A stretch of 64,000 nt of DNA, taken from Tubiluchus corallicola. Taxonomy: Eukaryota; Animalia; Priapulida. The translations under genes were made by a program, and so were the position numbers. Location of the stretch: assembly GCA_030141605.1 (NCBI GenBank), contig JAQGDQ010000587.1, positions 1 through 64,000 on the forward strand, read 5' to 3'. Position 1 is the stretch's first letter, and each line of letters opens with the position of its first letter. The notes beneath the pieces were generated by a model that did not search any database, was not told the DNA's origin, and worked only from the letters and a program-made list of their open reading frames with translations. This document shows positions 62,101 to 64,000 of the stretch, piece after piece.

Positions 62101-62284
62101 CGTCGTCTGAGTCCTTAGAACCATGGTCCATAATGGTCACTCCTTGCTTTGATGAGTCCTTGTTTGGTTGTATTGGCTGGAATAATTGTCCAGTCCTTAT
62201 GTCATGACCTTTAGGTTCACCCTCCCACGGCGGCGTATAAAGAATAGTCTTGTCGCTTGTGGTTGTTGTGGTGGCCATACTCAA
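56102..62284 (-). CDS. BEL/Pao gag-pol polyprotein (2060 aa)
   Basis: DUF1759-like gag (LPKFKLPSFSG..FW..F), three Cys/His knuckles, protease LMDSGS, RT (ADIEKAF, VPFG..SSPFLL, YVDN), RNase H (FSDAS, FTDS, NPAD), integrase (H..H.G..C..C, GMDYLGP, FSDNA, GGHWERLIG) and a C-terminal DUF5641-like region. No internal stops. Confidence 0.97.
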   Translation of the reverse strand: MSMATTTTTSDKTILYTPPWEGEPKGHDIRTGQLFQPIQPNKDSSKQGVTIMDHGSKDSDDEEPDYEQQLHIPATPAHGATPTAATGAIPKMVPDKDPLHGHQLEVKILIQNLKINSQLYGEVIFTCTTLLDLEFDKCIANYQNFVDRCNASITDLRFSTEMLTELYDKLSYIYCSSDDSSHLDEVKEFLASKITLNRNLSELSAKIEARIRSLETCHLKVSEPVPVVSSTPVSAVPNMTSQLNAVNVSHASTAYTRLPVVSSTPVSAVPNMTSQLNAVNVSHASTVYTRLPKFKLPSFSGEGDDDFEEFWSVFNDEIHSRPDLTDSKKFNYLLGCLKGNAYRIIKTYRRTANNYPAAVGHLMKRFGGNDHMVTSYLKQLDDIEPVKNNAKDLRRFLDDIEVIIRSLTVLGRPVDDHYIVSGILKKLPITMGFQLRNLCPDATPGSNWQLERLIDTMYRYVNNFEISTNECGLQSLKEISKKPISRNNHRAASVQIKESVLTAVGNDDDMAYNSELSLTTSAAEKSKHAKGYKPKGSERVNSNGNNKDKAKRSQNNRIKMPCLYCDNRKHSSGLCNKFSIEEKLKVVEKRKRCKVCLSSKHTEVDCKFTCFVCGQKHHVSLCDKVENNRIVKTKLEQNLLSETVMFNSGTEVELMQTVLVRMCHSDVPNNLKSGITVRGLMDSGSNGTYITESLANQLNLKLENPRYVNVSTFAHDGYVPVRCHQAKVTLFSKDNRTKMHLNVRVIPFIAKFGGRPCLPSHVLSNLKMWEGSLADTLPNGNQGGDVQFLIGCGNYLKILGAEKHEVSPGLFLHASLLGYILGGVVEDPDHPDLVANNESNICLENSLFCFQPGFDGLSGNSSLDNTESPNCTKPEINLMCADSVSENVENTERSYQLERLWALDSLGIMDSPSVNDDEVAVRRFENSIEFRNGRYMVGWPWKINHKPLPDNYFLALALLKSLILKLHDQPDLLKCYNDNIQEQLKRSIIEEVTPDTQPGAIIHYIPHHCVIREDRKTTKLRTVYNASAKTKRTNPSLNDCLYRGPVILPQLLGILLRFRLHEVIILADIEKAFLNVGLLESERDCTRFLWLRDPFKIDFSQKNLIVFRFTSVPFGAISSPFLLAATITHHLKESCHPLSNKILQNMYVDNLITGVNTVTEAVSFYNEVKTLFSQAGFNLREWFSTSDTFLSKIPEYDRVLDSSTKVLGLYFDRKNDVIKLAKVDIASFDAADTKRKVLHCTSSIFDPLGVVGPLILSAKVFISFLWKQKLQWDTPLSPNNLELWREAVQIMKYIQDVSVPRYISTRDPQYVLICFSDASQKAYCCVLYLRVCDRTSLVTQCNFLFAKTRVVPPDKFSVPRSELMGVLIGTRAITYARKHLDIPIFKTYLFTDSSCVIHWIRSEKQLSVFVRNRVNEIKDLPDTEIRHISSQLNPADRGTKVFNTPIDTFWLHGPSFLLEDEDVWPTSSSVPPLTPEETSQVLSEVPHKKEVLFETGFLASDIVICNRAVGRVININDFSSLDRLLFVTAFLFRAIQAFLYGMKFPIKVISAQEKRNALRIWLCWTQYAYTDFIKDKLKNASSNVFYFTNKDGLIACKTRFENKKNTLTYQPLLLPGKSKLVELIVNHLHKVYCHAGVSQVLAIFRRNYWVPNARNEIKSILNHCVICKRFQSGPYRPPPFKPLPEERLTPTSPFSFTGMDYLGPIQHKHYVSKSKFILKKVWILLYECLTTRAVHLQLASDLSAETLILLLRQFISRYGCPVKLFSDNAKAFRLTKTTMDIHFNTLLNSKSLQEFAGKNGFSWSFTLPKAAWQGGHWERLIGLVKRCLRKTTLCQPLAWKNLETVLNEIQYTINSRPLCYVDNSTLEILTPNHFVLPPTHRPPGIEYSQKDFEDPEFNPTPSSAERLLHIWKAGTKLTNKFWHLWQTEYLMHLRMNTQSEIRKPNSKRNTVTIPPKVNDIVLIYDSNLPRGSWKHGRIIKLISSSDGVTRGAEVMLPSGKTLSRSIFHLYPLVSAEIQDPPLPNLPEKSNTSKRPKRKAALTARQKIKSIAGEQLTDEDE

Positions 62285-62544
62285 ACAAGGTTAACTTGCA
62301 GTCGTCTGGATTCCAAATTAGAAGCACCAATACTGTCCATATATTTAGCACTCAGTATAAACAGGAACAGAGTAACTGTATCACTTGGTTTGCAGGCTTA
62401 TACCAAGCAAACTGATTTCTTTTCCAAGCAGAGCAACTGTATCACCTGGTTTGTAGCTTTGTAGATATCAAACTGATTTTTTTCCTTTCAAATAAAGTCC
62501 TAGCATAATTCCCTTGGTTCTATAAACTTGTACAAAATGAAGAA

Positions 62545-62555
62545 TTTCGGCACCA
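62545..62555 (-). other. Primer-binding site complementary to the tRNA-Phe 3' end
   Basis: TGGTGCCGAAA immediately inside the 5' LTR. Animal tRNA-Phe ends ...UUUCGGCACCA. Confidence 0.8.
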
Positions 62556-62946
62556 TGTGAAAAATGTCTAAAGGTAACATAGCTAAGACATCAGTATATT
62601 GCAGAACACAGGTGAGTTTATTTATACAAATCAGTTAGTCATACAAATTATCCACAGCACATGTTGATTCTATGCTCTCTGACAGCCAACTGCCCAGGTA
62701 AGTTTTCTATAAAGCAAGGAAGCCAGCAATTCTATGAAGGGTAAATGTTATGCATACTACATAGTTCAAGGATAAAAGTTTAGACTGTATATTAAGAAAT
62801 AGACTTATTTTACAGCTGAAATTTCTTGTGTGGGATTTTTAATGTTTTAACCAGAGACTACAATAATATGACATAATGAACAAAAATAATGACATATGAC
62901 ATAATAATAAAAAATAATGACATATGACATCGTGAACTTCACGACA
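62556..62946 (-). repeat. 5' LTR of the BEL/Pao element
   Basis: Direct repeat of 54449-54839, adjacent to the PBS. Confidence 0.95.
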
Positions 62947-63004
62947 CCATCACCCACACTACTTCCACATTTTTTCTTTTGTAAAACAATCATTCTACCG
63001 CTAT

Positions 63005-63140
63005 ATTTCTCTCTTTCCATCGTCCATAATAGTTTTACGTTTCTCTCCGTCCAACGAACATACTACTTTCATATTTTTCTCTCCGTCCAACGACCTTACT
63101 ACTTTCATATTTTTCTCTCCGTCCAACGGCCATACTACTG
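63005..63140. repeat. 36-bp tandem repeat (ttctctccgtccaacgaccttactactttcatattt)
   Basis: 3-4 visible units. Confidence 0.8.
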
Positions 63141-64000
63141 CCACAGCATTCTCTGAGTTTATTTTCTACCTTTTTGTGCATTAGCGAGAATTACTGTGAG
63201 ATTATTAGATCACTCGTAAGCAATAAAACAAGAACCAATGCTGCTGCGTTGACTGAATCCCATTTAATAATAGATCAGTCAATCTTGCGTCTGTTGACAG
63301 ACCAATGATGTGCAATACATCAAACAAGAGACAGGAGGATATTGATTAAATAAGGCTCTTCTCTTGATCACTACATGATTATCATTGAAGATTTAATTTT
63401 GCTTGTAACAGCCATTCCTTGACACAGAGACATACTTTTAACCAGGCAAATGCATAAGGCCCAATTCACAATGAGGACGTAAAGTAAAATTACGGACTGA
63501 ACTGATGTCAGAAAATCAGAAAACATTTAGAGAAAATTTCCGTTTTTTTCTCGAAATCCTATGCAGCAAGAATTTTCACTTCACGGTGAAACCGCGCAGT
63601 TTTTTTCCGCGCGTCCAGTTTGCTGCAATTACTTTGTGAGTTTTATTCTGTATAATCACGTCTAAATTAAGTTATACTTGCCGTATTTCTTATATACAAA
63701 GTATAGTTAATAATGTTAGTCAATGTAATGTTTGTTCTTTTTTACTGAAGTTCTACTAACCACTTCAAAATTTTAAAAATATACATGTAAAAATAACTAT
63801 ATATGTGTATTATATTATTCTTTTTACGAGTATAGCCACCGATGTTGCATTAATAAAATATAAAATCGTCAGTCTGTTAAAAGAAAGATTAAATCTTAGA
63901 ATTTTACGCTGAAATATGTTAACTGTTGTTCGTTAAATAAGAAAGAAGTAATTGAGTAGTTAAATTTAAGACTCAGTTCCGCAAGGATTCCTCAAGAAAA

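Larger units (their letters stand above)
54449..62946 (-). mobile_element. Full-length BEL/Pao LTR retrotransposon
   Basis: 391-bp LTRs (TG...CA) at 54449-54839 and 62556-62946. 5-bp TSD CCATC (54444-54448, 62947-62951). PBS next to the 5' LTR. Single intact gag-pol ORF. Confidence 0.97.

Noticed and set aside
63457-64000. Harbinger-like MITE start (ggcccaattcaca); similar ends near 33330-33460
   Set aside because: Paired TIRs and TSDs could not be established within the window.

Overview
This is AT-rich, intron-containing genomic DNA from a bilaterian invertebrate; a non-arthropod marine animal is my inference, from TTAGGG-type repeats, a ZnT6 orthologue and a membrane-anchored neuregulin. 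I reconstructed five host genes by reading splice sites by eye. On the + strand are MOB1 (6 coding exons, 4904-11133), a 7-finger C2H2 zinc-finger exon (18807-19439) and an intronless ZnT6/SLC30A6 (22802-24121). On the - strand are an 8-exon annexin (35306-28254) and an Ig-EGF-TM neuregulin-type EGFR ligand (53472-38695; 5' end not located). An intact 8.5-kb BEL/Pao LTR retrotransposon (54449-62946) has apparently identical 391-bp LTRs, a CCATC TSD and a tRNA-Phe PBS. Introns and spacers are full of non-autonomous DNA transposons (Kolobok-, hAT-, Tc1/pogo-, piggyBac-like), LINE fragments and minisatellites. The main observation, invisible in the ORF track, is that the neuregulin has two phase-identical exons each encoding EGF Cys5-Cys6 (47873-47797 and 46475-46405). 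They parallel the vertebrate NRG1/NRG2 alpha/beta switch. Other leads: a LINE split around the shared EGF exon, antisense splice-site/U1-like arrays in the BEL element, a natural Thr12-to-Ala change in MOB1, and minisatellites that repeatedly abut 3' splice sites. All alignments were done by eye or from memory; no database search was run.
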